A stretch of DNA of 35,064 nt, taken from assembly GCA_027069645.1 (NCBI GenBank), contig JALXEI010000341.1:1-35064 (forward strand), given 5' to 3'. Numbering within the stretch: the stretch's first letter is position 1; each line of letters opens with the position of its first letter. This document shows, one piece after another, positions 1-9,591 of the stretch. The DNA comes from Hyphomicrobiales bacterium (lineage in GTDB: Bacteria; Pseudomonadota; Alphaproteobacteria; Rhizobiales; JAKIUO01). The notes beneath the pieces were generated by a model. It did not search any database. It had not been told where the DNA came from and saw only the letters and a list, made by a program, of their open reading frames with translations. The translations under genes were made by a program, and so were the position numbers.

Positions 1-155
1 ATGCCACCCTTATTCGCGCCAGCTCGGATGTCCGTCGCAAAACCGAGGTCTTCCAGCCCGTCCCCGGTGCCCTTGGCAAGCTGACAAGAGGAATCAAAAA
101 CAGTTTTGACCCGCACCACATTCTCAACCCGGAACGCATGTATGCCGGAATGTAA
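1..155 (+). CDS. glcE: glycolate oxidase FAD-binding subunit GlcE, C-terminal fragment (5' end outside window)
   Basis: A frame-3 ORF enters from the left edge and ends ...IKNSFDPHHILNPERMYAGM* (stop 153-155). This is a typical C-terminus for GlcE/FAD-linked oxidases. glcF follows directly, as in glcDEF operons. Confidence 0.7.
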   Translation, partial: ATLIRASSDVRRKTEVFQPVPGALGKLTRGIKNSFDPHHILNPERMYAGM

Positions 156-221
156 CCCCAAAGGACGATCGACACCGGAACAGGCCGGTCACCGACAGAT
201 CAAACCGCAGGAAAGTCGCCG

Positions 222-1598
222 TTGATGAAAACGCGTTATTCAAAGGAGCAACTGGAAGACCCGCTGATTGCCAGCTCCCAGGCCATACTGAAAAAATGTG
301 TCCATTGCGGATTGTGTACAGCAACCTGTTCCAGCTATGTCATTCTCGGGGATGAGCGTGCCTCGCCACGCGGGCGCATCTACCAGATCAACCGCATGCT
401 GGAAAAGGGCGAAAGGCCATCAGCAACAACGGTTGGCTTCCTCGATAATTGCCTCACCTGCCTGTCCTGCATGACAACCTGTCCGTCAGGGGTCGACTAT
501 GTTCACCTCATTGACATGGCTCGTGCCCGGATCAACAAAAATGCCCGGCGTCCCCTGTTCGCAAAACTGGCCCGTTCCGTGCTGGCCGCTGTTCTGCCCC
601 ATCCCGGTCGCCTGAAAACCGCCATGCGGCTGGGACGACTGGCACGTCCCTTTGCCACAAGCTTTAAACATCTCGGCCTGACCACCATTTCTGCCCTGCT
701 TGATGCCCTGCCGGCAAGATCGTCACGTGCAGCGCGCTATAAAATGCATACACCGGCCAAAGGCAAGAGAAGCAGAAGGGTCGCCCTGTTGCCGGGCTGC
801 ACAAATGATGTGTTGCGTCCTTCCATCAATGAAGCCATGATCGCCCTGCTGTCACGCATGGGCGTCGAGGTTATTGTTCCGGCGGGTGTGGGCTGTTGCG
901 GCGCCATCGAGCATCAGCTTGGTGATGAGGACAAGGCCATTCGCGCGGCGCGGCGCAATATTGATGTTCTCACAAGACTGCATGACGAACAACCCCTTGA
1001 CGGCATTTTGACGGCGGCTTCGGGATGCGGCTCAATGCTAAAGGACTATGCCCATCTGTTGCGCAATGACGAGGGATATGCGCAACGGGCCGGAGACATC
1101 GCGGCCCTCAGTCTTGATGTCACGGAAATCCTCCACGACATCCCTCTTACGGCACCGCGACAATGGAGTGATATCAAGGTGGCCTATCATGCCGACTGTG
1201 TGCTGGAACATGGCCAAAAGGTAACAGAGCAGCCTCGCACACTTTTGGCAAATGCCGGTTATACGGTTCTGGAAATCCCCGAAGGGCATCTGTGTTGCGG
1301 GTCCGCCGGAACCTACAATCTTCTGCAACCGGTTATTTCAACGGCATTGCGCACCCGCAAACTCGACAATATCGCCCGAACCGAACCCGATATCATCGCC
1401 ACCGGCAATATTGGTTGTATCAACCACCTCGCCCCTCACAGCGACAAACCGGTCATCCACACGATCGAACTGCTGAACTGGGCCTATGGCGGAGAATGCC
1501 CGCGCGAAATCAGGCATCTTGAAAATCATATCAACAGGATCTCGGGCGTTCTCGCCGACAGCCACATGGATGATCTCGAACCGGTCTCGCCTTCCTGA
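222..1598 (+). CDS. glcF: glycolate oxidase iron-sulfur subunit GlcF
   Basis: 458-aa ORF with two ferredoxin-type Cys clusters (CVHCGLCTATC, CLTCLSCMTTCP). It also has two C-terminal CCG-type Cys-rich repeats (LPGC...GCCG; HADC...LCCGSAG). The start is TTG 222 or ATG 225. Confidence 0.9.
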   Translation: MMKTRYSKEQLEDPLIASSQAILKKCVHCGLCTATCSSYVILGDERASPRGRIYQINRMLEKGERPSATTVGFLDNCLTCLSCMTTCPSGVDYVHLIDMARARINKNARRPLFAKLARSVLAAVLPHPGRLKTAMRLGRLARPFATSFKHLGLTTISALLDALPARSSRAARYKMHTPAKGKRSRRVALLPGCTNDVLRPSINEAMIALLSRMGVEVIVPAGVGCCGAIEHQLGDEDKAIRAARRNIDVLTRLHDEQPLDGILTAASGCGSMLKDYAHLLRNDEGYAQRAGDIAALSLDVTEILHDIPLTAPRQWSDIKVAYHADCVLEHGQKVTEQPRTLLANAGYTVLEIPEGHLCCGSAGTYNLLQPVISTALRTRKLDNIARTEPDIIATGNIGCINHLAPHSDKPVIHTIELLNWAYGGECPREIRHLENHINRISGVLADSHMDDLEPVSPS

Positions 1599-1666
1599 CG
1601 GGGAGCGGAGCCCGTCATGTCCCGGACGAATACCCGCCCGGTGAACATCGACAAACCTGATCGGAT

Positions 1667-4081
1667 TTACCGGCCATTGCTCGCCGGATTTCGCAGTTTC
1701 GTGGCCTTTTTCAACAGTTCAACCGGCGCGACATACCAGTCGCCCGAGCCGGGAATGCGCCCTGGCACGAAGAAATAGAATTGACGCCCGCTCGCTCCGG
1801 TTCGGCTTCCGCCTGCTTCCTTGCGGCGCGTTTGCAACCCGGCTGTCCGGCCAACGCTGGCAGTTACGCCACGATTCCGGCCGACGGAACGGTTTGTGCC
1901 TGTGTTCGGGGCCGCCTTCAACTTCTCGCCGCCGGGGCGAACCGTGGTATAGACCCAGCGGTTCTGTTCACGTACCCAGACCATCTGTCGCCTGCCACGA
2001 CCCTTGCTTTCCGCATGACTGCCAATTGCAGAACGGGCGGGGGCGGGACCTTCGGCAAGCCCCGATTTTTCCCTGACCGTTGGCCCCGCTCCAGGGCCGC
2101 TTTTTTGCCTGTCCTGTTTCTTTCCTGCCCCGGATTTCCCCGCTACAGATGTCGCAGCCGTTTTCTTGCGGGCAACGGTGACGCCTGCGGTTGCCGATAC
2201 GCCTGACGTGGCCGCGTCGCCAGCCGGTTGCCGGTCTGTCCTTTTTGTCGTCTTTGCTGCCTTTACTGCCTTTGTACCGGTATCCGTGGCCTTTGCCATT
2301 TGCCGCGTTTTGCGGGCGGGTGATTTTTTCGGTGTCACATAAACCCAGCGCCCGTTACACTGCACCCAGCCACCGGTAGCCGGCGCCTTGCCGGCCTGAC
2401 GGACGCGCGTCCCCGCGCCTGACGTTCCGGCCCTGTCTTTCGCCGCCGCGCGCGGAACATAGACCCAGCGACCATTGATTTTCGACCAGGCGCCGTTTTT
2501 CACTGTTTTCACCTTGCCGACCGCACGGGATTTCGGATGCACCGTATTGCCAGCCGGACGTTGCACCGACCCTTTTGCCGCACGGGCCGCAGCCTTTTTC
2601 CGGTCTGGCGTTTTTCCGACCGGTTTCATGACCTTTCGCACACGCGCATCCGGCGTCGTTTTTCCGGTCTTTGCGCCAGCTTTTGCGGTGACCTTTGCAT
2701 TTGTCCCCTGCCCCTGCTCCCTGACAACAGACTGTTTCTCCCCGTCAGTTTCTGTTGTGGATTTGGCCGCTGCGGCCTTTTTCTTTTTGATCTCTCCCGA
2801 AGCAGTCTTTTTCTTTTGGACCTTGCGGTCGGTCATGCCCTTGAGGGTGGAACTGTAGGTCCTCGATTTATCAAAAACATAGACCCAGTTGCGACCGCGA
2901 CCGACCCAGCCATCAGCATTTTCGGAATTGCGTATCATATCGCCAAGCCCGTAAATTCCGGGGGCAACGCCGCGCCTGTATGGCGCATAAACCCAGCGGC
3001 CGTCCGTGCGCCCGGTTTCCCCTCGCGCCGTCATTTGTGCTGCCGTTAAACCGGTTTGACCAAATGCCCTGGCAAGAGGTGAGTCCCTGTCGGGAACCCA
3101 GAAATAGGTCCCCTTGTGATCGGAAGCCGTTTGTTTCCGGTTTTTTTTCACGCGTTCCGTACCAACAGCCGCCGCCACCCGACCGCTGACCGTCTTTTTC
3201 TTCACGGTTTCCCTGCGCGCCTTCTTCACGGCAATCGCACCGGTCCTGTCCACATGTTGCTTCCCTGAAAGCGCGGGCTTCCCGGAAACAACAGCCTGCT
3301 TCTTCATCACAGGCTGTTTGGCAACCGGTTTGTGCAAGGGGAGCGATTTCGACCGGATCGAGGGTTTTTGTTCAACCGTTTTTTTGCTCTCTGCGGATTT
3401 TCCGGGCTTCAAACCTGTCGCGCCGGACCGGACATGGCCTGCGGCCACTCTGTTTTTCGAATGCTTTTCATTCCCGTCTTTCTTCGGCAACCTCAATCGC
3501 TCTTTTTCTTGCGCTGCGTTAATCCTGCCCACAGCAACAGGGCTGTCCGGTTGTCTTGCCGCGGGGGCTGTAACAATCCGCTTTCCTTGCGCGGCCTCGT
3601 CAGCAGATTTCTCGCTTTTGGCCATCCCTTCCGCCCGATGATTCTTCGATTTGACCGGAGCCGGTGTTGAAGTAACAACTTTGGTGGCTGGCTTTACGCC
3701 CTTTACCGCTGGCATTTTTTTTGCCGCTTGCGAAGCCCTGGCATCGCTCCCGGGTTTTGTCACAACGGGTGCCACCGGTGCGGCCTTCACCTGTTTTTCA
3801 TGCGAAGCGGAACCGTCCTTCGTCTCTCGGGCTGCTTTTTTGCCCTCCGGATGCGGTACGGCCTGCGGCGCAGTTGTGGTCTTTTTTTCGGTTTCACCGA
3901 AGGGGGACCAGAAATATTTGCCAAGGCCGGACAATCCCTTGCGGATATTTTCAATAAATTGCCCCGGATTGCCATGATCATTTTCTGCCGCCTGCGCCAC
4001 AGGGGCCGCCAGAGACAGAAAGAACAGGGTAAACAGAAGAATTCCTCGCCCGCGGGCTTTTGAACTGGCAAACATTTTCAT
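1667..4081 (-). CDS. exported, extremely basic K/A/T/P/G-rich low-complexity protein with dispersed aromatic G-x-W-V-Y-V motifs (function unknown)
   Basis: Uninterrupted 2.4-kb ORF with an N-terminal signal peptide (MKMFASSKARGRGILLFTLFFLSLAAPVAQA/AE). Recurrent motifs are GTYFWVP, GRWVYAP, GWVGRGRNWVYVF, AWSKINGRWVYVP, GWVQCNGRWVYVTP, VWVREQNRWVYTT, QFYFFVP and DWYVAP. On the + strand these appear as cata[ag]acccag strings near 1948, 2338, 2458, 2878 and 2985. Confidence 0.75.
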   Translation of the reverse strand: MKMFASSKARGRGILLFTLFFLSLAAPVAQAAENDHGNPGQFIENIRKGLSGLGKYFWSPFGETEKKTTTAPQAVPHPEGKKAARETKDGSASHEKQVKAAPVAPVVTKPGSDARASQAAKKMPAVKGVKPATKVVTSTPAPVKSKNHRAEGMAKSEKSADEAAQGKRIVTAPAARQPDSPVAVGRINAAQEKERLRLPKKDGNEKHSKNRVAAGHVRSGATGLKPGKSAESKKTVEQKPSIRSKSLPLHKPVAKQPVMKKQAVVSGKPALSGKQHVDRTGAIAVKKARRETVKKKTVSGRVAAAVGTERVKKNRKQTASDHKGTYFWVPDRDSPLARAFGQTGLTAAQMTARGETGRTDGRWVYAPYRRGVAPGIYGLGDMIRNSENADGWVGRGRNWVYVFDKSRTYSSTLKGMTDRKVQKKKTASGEIKKKKAAAAKSTTETDGEKQSVVREQGQGTNAKVTAKAGAKTGKTTPDARVRKVMKPVGKTPDRKKAAARAAKGSVQRPAGNTVHPKSRAVGKVKTVKNGAWSKINGRWVYVPRAAAKDRAGTSGAGTRVRQAGKAPATGGWVQCNGRWVYVTPKKSPARKTRQMAKATDTGTKAVKAAKTTKRTDRQPAGDAATSGVSATAGVTVARKKTAATSVAGKSGAGKKQDRQKSGPGAGPTVREKSGLAEGPAPARSAIGSHAESKGRGRRQMVWVREQNRWVYTTVRPGGEKLKAAPNTGTNRSVGRNRGVTASVGRTAGLQTRRKEAGGSRTGASGRQFYFFVPGRIPGSGDWYVAPVELLKKATKLRNPASNGR

Positions 4082-4348
4082 AACGCGTAAAACTCTCTCT
4101 TCCCTGAAGTCGCCTGCATGAAATTACAACAGAAAAACAGGTCCTTCACCCGGGAAACAACGCTGATATTCCTGCTGGTCAGAAGAAGTTTTACATGAAG
4201 CGGCAAAGCTTCCAAGAGTAAATTGACAAATTCCTTAAAACGGATCGGTTTAGCCGTCGATATGCCTCAGAGTCCGATTCAAAACTCCTCACTGATTTTA
4301 TTGGTCTTTTCCAGCCCATTATCGGCGCAAACCGGCTTGAAAGGGACG

Positions 4349-4870
4349 TCAAAGGCCCAGTGTTTGTCCGATAAAACCGGCAATCGACGCAATATCGTCG
4401 GGCCGAAAGACCGGGAGCGACGAACCGGGGTTTTTTTCATCCGTGGCAATCGCAACAATATCCTCCCGGTCATCGGCCAGCCTTTGCCGGGTTTGCTGAA
4501 AAGAACTGCGGACCTCGATTTTGGGAAAGGCCAGTTGTTTGTAGCCCTCCACCAGAACCAGATCGAAGCCTCTGAACTGCCCGAGAACATCATCGAAATC
4601 CGGCTCGGGTTCGGGTTGCAATTCGCTCACCATCGCCCAGCGATATTTTGAAATGATCGCCACCTGACGGGCGCCGGACTCACGCATGCGAAAGCTGTCG
4701 CGGCCCTCATGATCAATCTCGAAAGAATGGTGGGCATGCTTGATCGCGCCAACCCGCTTGCCCGCCCGCGAAAAATGCGAGATCAGACGGGTGGTGAGCA
4801 GGGTTTTGCCGGAATTTTTCCATCCGGTGATACCAAAAACCGGCACTTCGAATGATCTGAAATCACTCAT
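4349..4870 (-). CDS. mobB: molybdopterin-guanine dinucleotide biosynthesis adapter protein MobB
   Basis: 173-aa ORF with P-loop GITGWKNSGKT and a KHAHHSFEIDHEGRDS segment typical of MobB. An RBS (aggaaaggga) lies upstream of ATG 4870. Confidence 0.85.
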   Translation of the reverse strand: MSDFRSFEVPVFGITGWKNSGKTLLTTRLISHFSRAGKRVGAIKHAHHSFEIDHEGRDSFRMRESGARQVAIISKYRWAMVSELQPEPEPDFDDVLGQFRGFDLVLVEGYKQLAFPKIEVRSSFQQTRQRLADDREDIVAIATDEKNPGSSLPVFRPDDIASIAGFIGQTLGL

Positions 4871-5167
4871 CCTGTTTCCCTTTCCTGTTCATCCGCAAAC
4901 GCGCTGTGCCCGACAGGACCTTCCTTGCGGCAATCTTCGAAAAAACCGGCCATTATCCCGCACAATCGTGCAATTTATAGCCTGCTATTGCAGATTTTCA
5001 CTATTTTATCCCGCCCCTGCGACACGATTACCCGCCATTCTACGTATTTCTCCCAATATATCGACGCCGCATGCAAGTATGTAATGAAGAGGCGGGGAAA
5101 GAGGTTAAACACCGGTCCGGCTCGTGCACTTCGCACCCTCCGGGTCATGAGGAAGGGACAGGCAGTT

Positions 5168-5917
5168 ATGGAAATTATCACTTCAATCAATGCGACGCAT
5201 CGACCGGCTCACCGTCCGTCGAAGTCAGGCCCCCAACTGACAGAGGTTCGCCAGTTCGGCGTTGATGGTCTGATGGCCAGCACAGCAAGCTGCGCGCAAA
5301 TGCGTGACATGGCCAGCAGCAAAAAGATTCACGCCGGAGAAACATTGTTCTGGGAAGACGATACGATCGAATATGCCTATTTCCTCACCGACGGCACAAT
5401 GAAAGCCTACAAACTGCTCCCCAACGGGCGCAGCCAGATTGTCCGCTTCATCACCGTTGGCGAAATCATTGCCGCGACCGGATTTGAAGCCCACACCTAT
5501 ACCGTTGAGGCACTGGGAGACTGCACGGTTCTGCAACTGCCGAAGAAAAGCTTTGACAAACTTCTGGCCAAAGACCCGATACTGATGAAGTCGGTAACCA
5601 ACAAGCTGGCGCTGGAATTGCAGCAGGTTCAAAAACAGAATTTGCTGCTCGGTCGCATGCCGGCGACGGAGCGGGTCTCGACTTTTCTGCTTGATATTGC
5701 CGAACGGCAAAACCCCGACAGGAGCGAAATCGAGTCGGGCTTCATCATTCGACTGCCGATGGCAAGGGCCGATATTGCCGACTATCTCGGCCTGACCATC
5801 GAGACGGTCAGCCGGGCCTTTTCCAAATTCCGCCGCGACGGCCTTATCGATCTGCCCCGTCCCAATCTTGTGCATTTGCAAGATCAGACCGGGTTGCAAA
5901 GACAGGGTGCCCTGTAG
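5168..5917 (+). CDS. Crp/Fnr family transcriptional regulator (FixK-like)
   Basis: It has an N-terminal cNMP-binding-like barrel region and a C-terminal HTH (RADIADYLGLTIETVSRAFSKFRRDGLI). The open frame begins at 4925. ATG 5168 was chosen because it has an aggaaggg RBS and gives about 249 aa, the usual family size. Confidence 0.8.
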   Translation: MEIITSINATHRPAHRPSKSGPQLTEVRQFGVDGLMASTASCAQMRDMASSKKIHAGETLFWEDDTIEYAYFLTDGTMKAYKLLPNGRSQIVRFITVGEIIAATGFEAHTYTVEALGDCTVLQLPKKSFDKLLAKDPILMKSVTNKLALELQQVQKQNLLLGRMPATERVSTFLLDIAERQNPDRSEIESGFIIRLPMARADIADYLGLTIETVSRAFSKFRRDGLIDLPRPNLVHLQDQTGLQRQGAL

Positions 5918-6232
5918 ACAGCACCCTTGACACAAGTAACAGCTTTCCGGTCTGTCAATGCGGCCGGATCAACGGGTCTGTTTGAACTTTTGAGGGTGAT
6001 CGTCAAATTGATGTCACCTTTAGCAGGTCAATATGGGGACAACAGTTCCTGCTCTGATTCATCTTTATAAAAATCATCTCCAGGGACTGTATTTTGCCCG
6101 ACGGGAAAAGGATAAAATGCCTGCCCGCCGGGTATCGGGGGTCCTGTCAGCCTTGCCTTGCAAATCGGGCTCCATCCAGGTAACTTGATTTTCGGGGTAA
6201 AGTAAGTGTAAAATCCCTGGCAGGAGATTTAA

Positions 6233-6904
6233 ATGTTGCGTGTACTTCTTTCTTTCTTGCTGGTCGTCGGTGTGCCTGCCGTGCTGGGCGGTTGCGGAGG
6301 CCTCGGGCCCGCGGACAGTTCCCTTTCATATGCACCAAACGAAGGTGTGTTATCCTGGGGGGGCAAGAACCGGCCGCGGCGCTACACAGCCGAAGGTGCG
6401 AAAAGACAGCGCACGGCAAGACTGACCGACCGCGCGCCATTTGGTTCCTGGAGCAAGGCACCGAAAAATGCCTTCAAGGGGCGTGACTACAGCCGAACGA
6501 GGCTCAATCCCCGTACAGCGCTTGAAATGATTAACAGCTATCGTGCCAGCAAGGGTCTCAAGCCCTTAAAACTGAATCCGAAACTGGCACAGGCCGCCCG
6601 TATGCATGCCAAAGATCTTGCCAGTCATGACCGCATTTCCCATTATGGTTCGGACGGGTCGGACCCGCTGGTACGGGTACAACGTACCGGCTACCCCGTT
6701 CACCTTGCCGCCGAAAATGTCGGCACCGGCCAGGTTTCCCTTGCCGAGGTTTTCAAGGGCTGGCAGAAAAGCCCCGGGCACAATGAAAACCTGCTGCTAA
6801 AGGATGCCCGCGAAATGGGAATGGCGCTTGTTGTCGATCCCGACACGGAATACAAGACCTTCTGGACCCTTGTACTTGGCTCCAGGCGCGGCGCCTCCTC
6901 CTGA
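6233..6904 (+). CDS. CAP/SCP (YkwD-like) domain lipoprotein
   Basis: Strong RBS (caggag) 6 nt before the ATG. Lipobox-like signal LLVVGVPAVLGG/C. The C-terminal half has CAP-domain motifs (NSYRASKGLKPL, HAKDLASHDRISHYGSDG, GWQKSPGHNENLL). Confidence 0.8.
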   Translation: MLRVLLSFLLVVGVPAVLGGCGGLGPADSSLSYAPNEGVLSWGGKNRPRRYTAEGAKRQRTARLTDRAPFGSWSKAPKNAFKGRDYSRTRLNPRTALEMINSYRASKGLKPLKLNPKLAQAARMHAKDLASHDRISHYGSDGSDPLVRVQRTGYPVHLAAENVGTGQVSLAEVFKGWQKSPGHNENLLLKDAREMGMALVVDPDTEYKTFWTLVLGSRRGASS

Positions 6905-6945
6905 CCCGCTTCAGCTTTTGCTCCGGTCTTTTTCAGGTTTATGAC

Positions 6946-7173
6946 CTAACAGACCGAGGGGCGCTCGTAACCTTCATGTTGCAGGCGCGTTACCACCCGC
7001 ACCCAGGCCTCGGCCCGCACTTCATCCCCCAGCAGGGCCTGTTCATGAGCAAAAAAATCGGCAATCATGGCTGCATATGAGCCATGCTGCTGCTTGATCA
7101 CTTCAGCCATTCTCACAATGTCGGGTTCTGAAAAAAAAGGTGTTTTTGACGGTAGCGGCTTTGCACGGGCCAT
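6946..7173 (-). CDS. small hypothetical protein (about 75 aa)
   Basis: The ORF is open from 7206. ATG 7173 is preferred because gggag lies 7 nt upstream. I recognise no family. It sits upstream of gapR on the same strand. Confidence 0.45.
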   Translation of the reverse strand: MARAKPLPSKTPFFSEPDIVRMAEVIKQQHGSYAAMIADFFAHEQALLGDEVRAEAWVRVVTRLQHEGYERPSVC

Positions 7174-7308
7174 TTTGATACTCCCTGATCCGGTTGCCAT
7201 ATGCAAAGCAAGAACCGCACCAGGGAGAAAGTCAGCGTATATCCAAAGTTATGTCATACCAAACCACACAAAGTCTGATCTTTGTAATTTTGCCCGGTTT
7301 CTGTTCCC

Positions 7309-7572
7309 CTATTCGGAAGGGTCGGCCATGCCAAGCGCGTGCATATAGGTGGCGAGAACCGCTTCCTCTTCCATGCGCTCGTGGTCGTCTTTCTTGCGCA
7401 GGCGTATGATGGTGCGCAGCGCCTTGACATCAAAACCGTTGCCCTTGGCCTCGGCATAGATTTCCCTGATATCGGCGCTCAGATTGGCTTTTTCCTCTTC
7501 CAGATTTTCGATGCGTTCGATAATCGAGCGCAACTGGTCGGCTGTAGTGCCACCGGCAACAGATTCATTCAT
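7309..7572 (-). CDS. gapR: DUF2312/UPF0335 family nucleoid-associated protein (GapR-like)
   Basis: 87-aa ORF containing [48 protein letters not shown], which is characteristic of the alphaproteobacterial DUF2312/GapR family. RBS ggagaggag. Confidence 0.85.
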   Translation of the reverse strand: MNESVAGGTTADQLRSIIERIENLEEEKANLSADIREIYAEAKGNGFDVKALRTIIRLRKKDDHERMEEEAVLATYMHALGMADPSE

Positions 7573-7700
7573 GTTTCACTCCTCTCCGGAATAAACGCGG
7601 CAGATATGCAAAACCGCAGAACCGCCGATTTTATACCAGGGAGAATAAGAGTGAACGGGGGAAATACAAGGCGGCTGGCCGGGTTATCCACCATGTTCGG

Positions 7701-8501
7701 TTATTTTCTGATGACGGCCAGTTCCGCCGCAATTTCCGGGTCGTCCATGATACGCCCGAGAATATCCGCCAGCCGTCCGGCCCATTGCCGCTGCCCTTCC
7801 TCATCGCGGATCTGGTCCTGACGAATTTCCACCAGCGCATGTGCAAGGCCGCGGCTGGTGCCGTGACGATACATGCAGTCCCCCTGCAAGCGACCGGAAT
7901 AAGGCTCGTTATCGCCGATATTGAAATCGGTTTCCTTGCGCAAACAGTTCAGCAGCGGTTTCACCAGCCTGTCGTCCCGATCCCACAATATGGCCGCTTC
8001 CCAGGGGCGCAAACAGCCGTGCCATTCCTGCGTAAAACTGTGTATTGAAACAATCGCCGGTGGATGATCGGCCGCGATACATTCATCAAGCAGATCTTCA
8101 ATGGCCTGATGATAGGGCTCATAGTAACGGTTGATGCGTCTTGCACGCTCCTCTTCCGATATACCGGCATTGCCGGGAATGATCGCCCCGTCCGACAATT
8201 GCATGATCAGCGTCGGATCATCGGTGGCCCGGTTGGGATCAACAAGCAGACGGGAAAAATTCGACAAAATGGCGGGAACACCAAGCTGGCGGCCTAACAG
8301 ACGGGTCACCGCCGCCGCCCCGATATCCCAGGCGATATGACGTTCAAATTCACATTCCGGCAATCCGAGAAAATCATATCCGGGCGGCAGATGATTGCTG
8401 GCATGATCACACACCAGTATCAGCCCCTTCTGAACGGAACCGGGCAGCCGCTCAAAGGGCGGAAAAGGCGCATCGTATGCTGACAAATCCGTTTTTTTCA
8501 T
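7701..8501 (-). CDS. N-formylglutamate amidohydrolase family protein
   Basis: Contains the LVCDHASNHLP motif and has the overall FGase-family length. The ORF is open to 8588. ATG 8501 (MKKTDLSAYDAPF...) is the preferred start and 8531 is also possible. Confidence 0.7.
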   Translation of the reverse strand: MKKTDLSAYDAPFPPFERLPGSVQKGLILVCDHASNHLPPGYDFLGLPECEFERHIAWDIGAAAVTRLLGRQLGVPAILSNFSRLLVDPNRATDDPTLIMQLSDGAIIPGNAGISEEERARRINRYYEPYHQAIEDLLDECIAADHPPAIVSIHSFTQEWHGCLRPWEAAILWDRDDRLVKPLLNCLRKETDFNIGDNEPYSGRLQGDCMYRHGTSRGLAHALVEIRQDQIRDEEGQRQWAGRLADILGRIMDDPEIAAELAVIRK

Positions 8502-8701
8502 TTCTGTTTCTGCAAGGTGAAATTCGATCATGGCACAATATAGTGCAGGACCGTCGACGAATAAAGACCACTCTCCCCAAACCCGCACTTCTCACCATAT
8601 CACCAGTTAAAATAACAATATTCGATCTTTTCCATTTCGGTATGATAAACTTTGCCGGACACTTGTCCTCAAGACAGACACAAGGCAGGCAGGGAACCGC
8701 A

Positions 8702-9445
8702 ATGGCACACAAGGTACTGATTATCGAAGACGATCCCGATATTGCCGCGCTCGTAGACATGAACCTGCGCGATATCGACTGCCATTGCGAGATCGCAAGT
8801 GACGGCGAAACAGGGCTCGAATACTGGCGCAGGTCAACCGACACAAAACCGTTCGACCTTGTTGTGCTCGATCTGATGTTGCCAGGCCTTGGCGGGCTGG
8901 AAGTCTGTCAGGCCATCCGGCGCGACAAACAATATGTGCCCATCCTCATGCTGACCGCCAGAACGTCGGAACCGGATCGCGTCCTCGGGCTGGAAACCGG
9001 GGCCGATGACTATCTTGCCAAACCCTTTGGCATCCCTGAACTGCAAGCCCGCATCAAGGCGCTGTTTCGCCGTGTCGAAGCCCTTTCAAAGCCCCCGGAC
9101 ACATCCCCGGCATCGCATATTATCGAAAAGGGCAACCTTTATATCGATCCGGACCGCCACATCGTGCGGATCGATAACCGGCCCGTCGAGCTGACAGCCC
9201 GCGAATTCGATCTGCTCCATCATTTTGCCCGTCATCCGGATCGTGTCTACAGCCGGGCGCAATTGCTGGATCAGGTCTGGGGCTACAATCACGACGGCTA
9301 TGAACATACGGTCAACACCCATATCAACCGGCTGCGCGCCAAGATCGAAAAAGACCCCGCCAAACCGGTGTTCATACAAACGGTGTGGGGCGTTGGCTAT
9401 AAATTTGGCGGTTCACAGGAAAGCTCCGAGGCCGTAAACTCATAA
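8702..9445 (+). CDS. OmpR-family two-component response regulator
   Basis: MAHKVLIIEDDPDIA...DLVVLDLMLPGL receiver domain plus a C-terminal winged helix (LTAREFDLLHHFARHP...VWGVGYKF). The ORF is open from 8477, but the 75 upstream codons do not look protein-like. The last 5 codons and the stop lie inside the repeat at 9430. Confidence 0.9.
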   Translation: MAHKVLIIEDDPDIAALVDMNLRDIDCHCEIASDGETGLEYWRRSTDTKPFDLVVLDLMLPGLGGLEVCQAIRRDKQYVPILMLTARTSEPDRVLGLETGADDYLAKPFGIPELQARIKALFRRVEALSKPPDTSPASHIIEKGNLYIDPDRHIVRIDNRPVELTAREFDLLHHFARHPDRVYSRAQLLDQVWGYNHDGYEHTVNTHINRLRAKIEKDPAKPVFIQTVWGVGYKFGGSQESSEAVNS

Positions 9446-9586
9446 ACAGGATCGAAATGGCAGGGCGGATTTGCTCCCCCGCTGTGTTGCAGGTTCTTGA
9501 AAACCGGAAGGTTTCCTGCGAACCTGCGCCTTGCGGGAAAACAAATCTGCTCCTGCCATTTCGATCCTGTTTATGAGCTTACGGCC
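9430..9586. repeat. 157-bp MITE/RIME-like palindromic element (35-bp terminal inverted arms)
   Basis: The left arm is ggccgtaaactcataaacaggatcgaaatggcagg (9430-9464). The right arm is cctgccatttcgatcctgtttatgagcttacggcc (9552-9586). They match as reverse complements at 34 of 35 positions. The 87-bp core has its own inverted repeat (gcaggttc...gaacctgc). Confidence 0.85.
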
Positions 9587-9591
9587 TTGTC

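Noticed and set aside
1781-3977. Many 60-170-aa + strand ORFs within the 804-aa gene
   Set aside because: All are antisense to one uninterrupted 2.4-kb ORF that has a signal peptide. Their Phe/Pro/Cys-rich translations mirror its Lys/Ala/Gly codons.
4223-4651. 142-aa + strand ORF overlapping mobB
   Set aside because: It is antisense to a MobB ORF that carries a P-loop and has no RBS or motifs of its own.
8477-8701. 75-codon N-terminal extension of the response regulator
   Set aside because: The receiver domain begins at MAHKVLIIEDD (ATG 8702). The upstream codons overlap the divergent gene's start region and are not protein-like.
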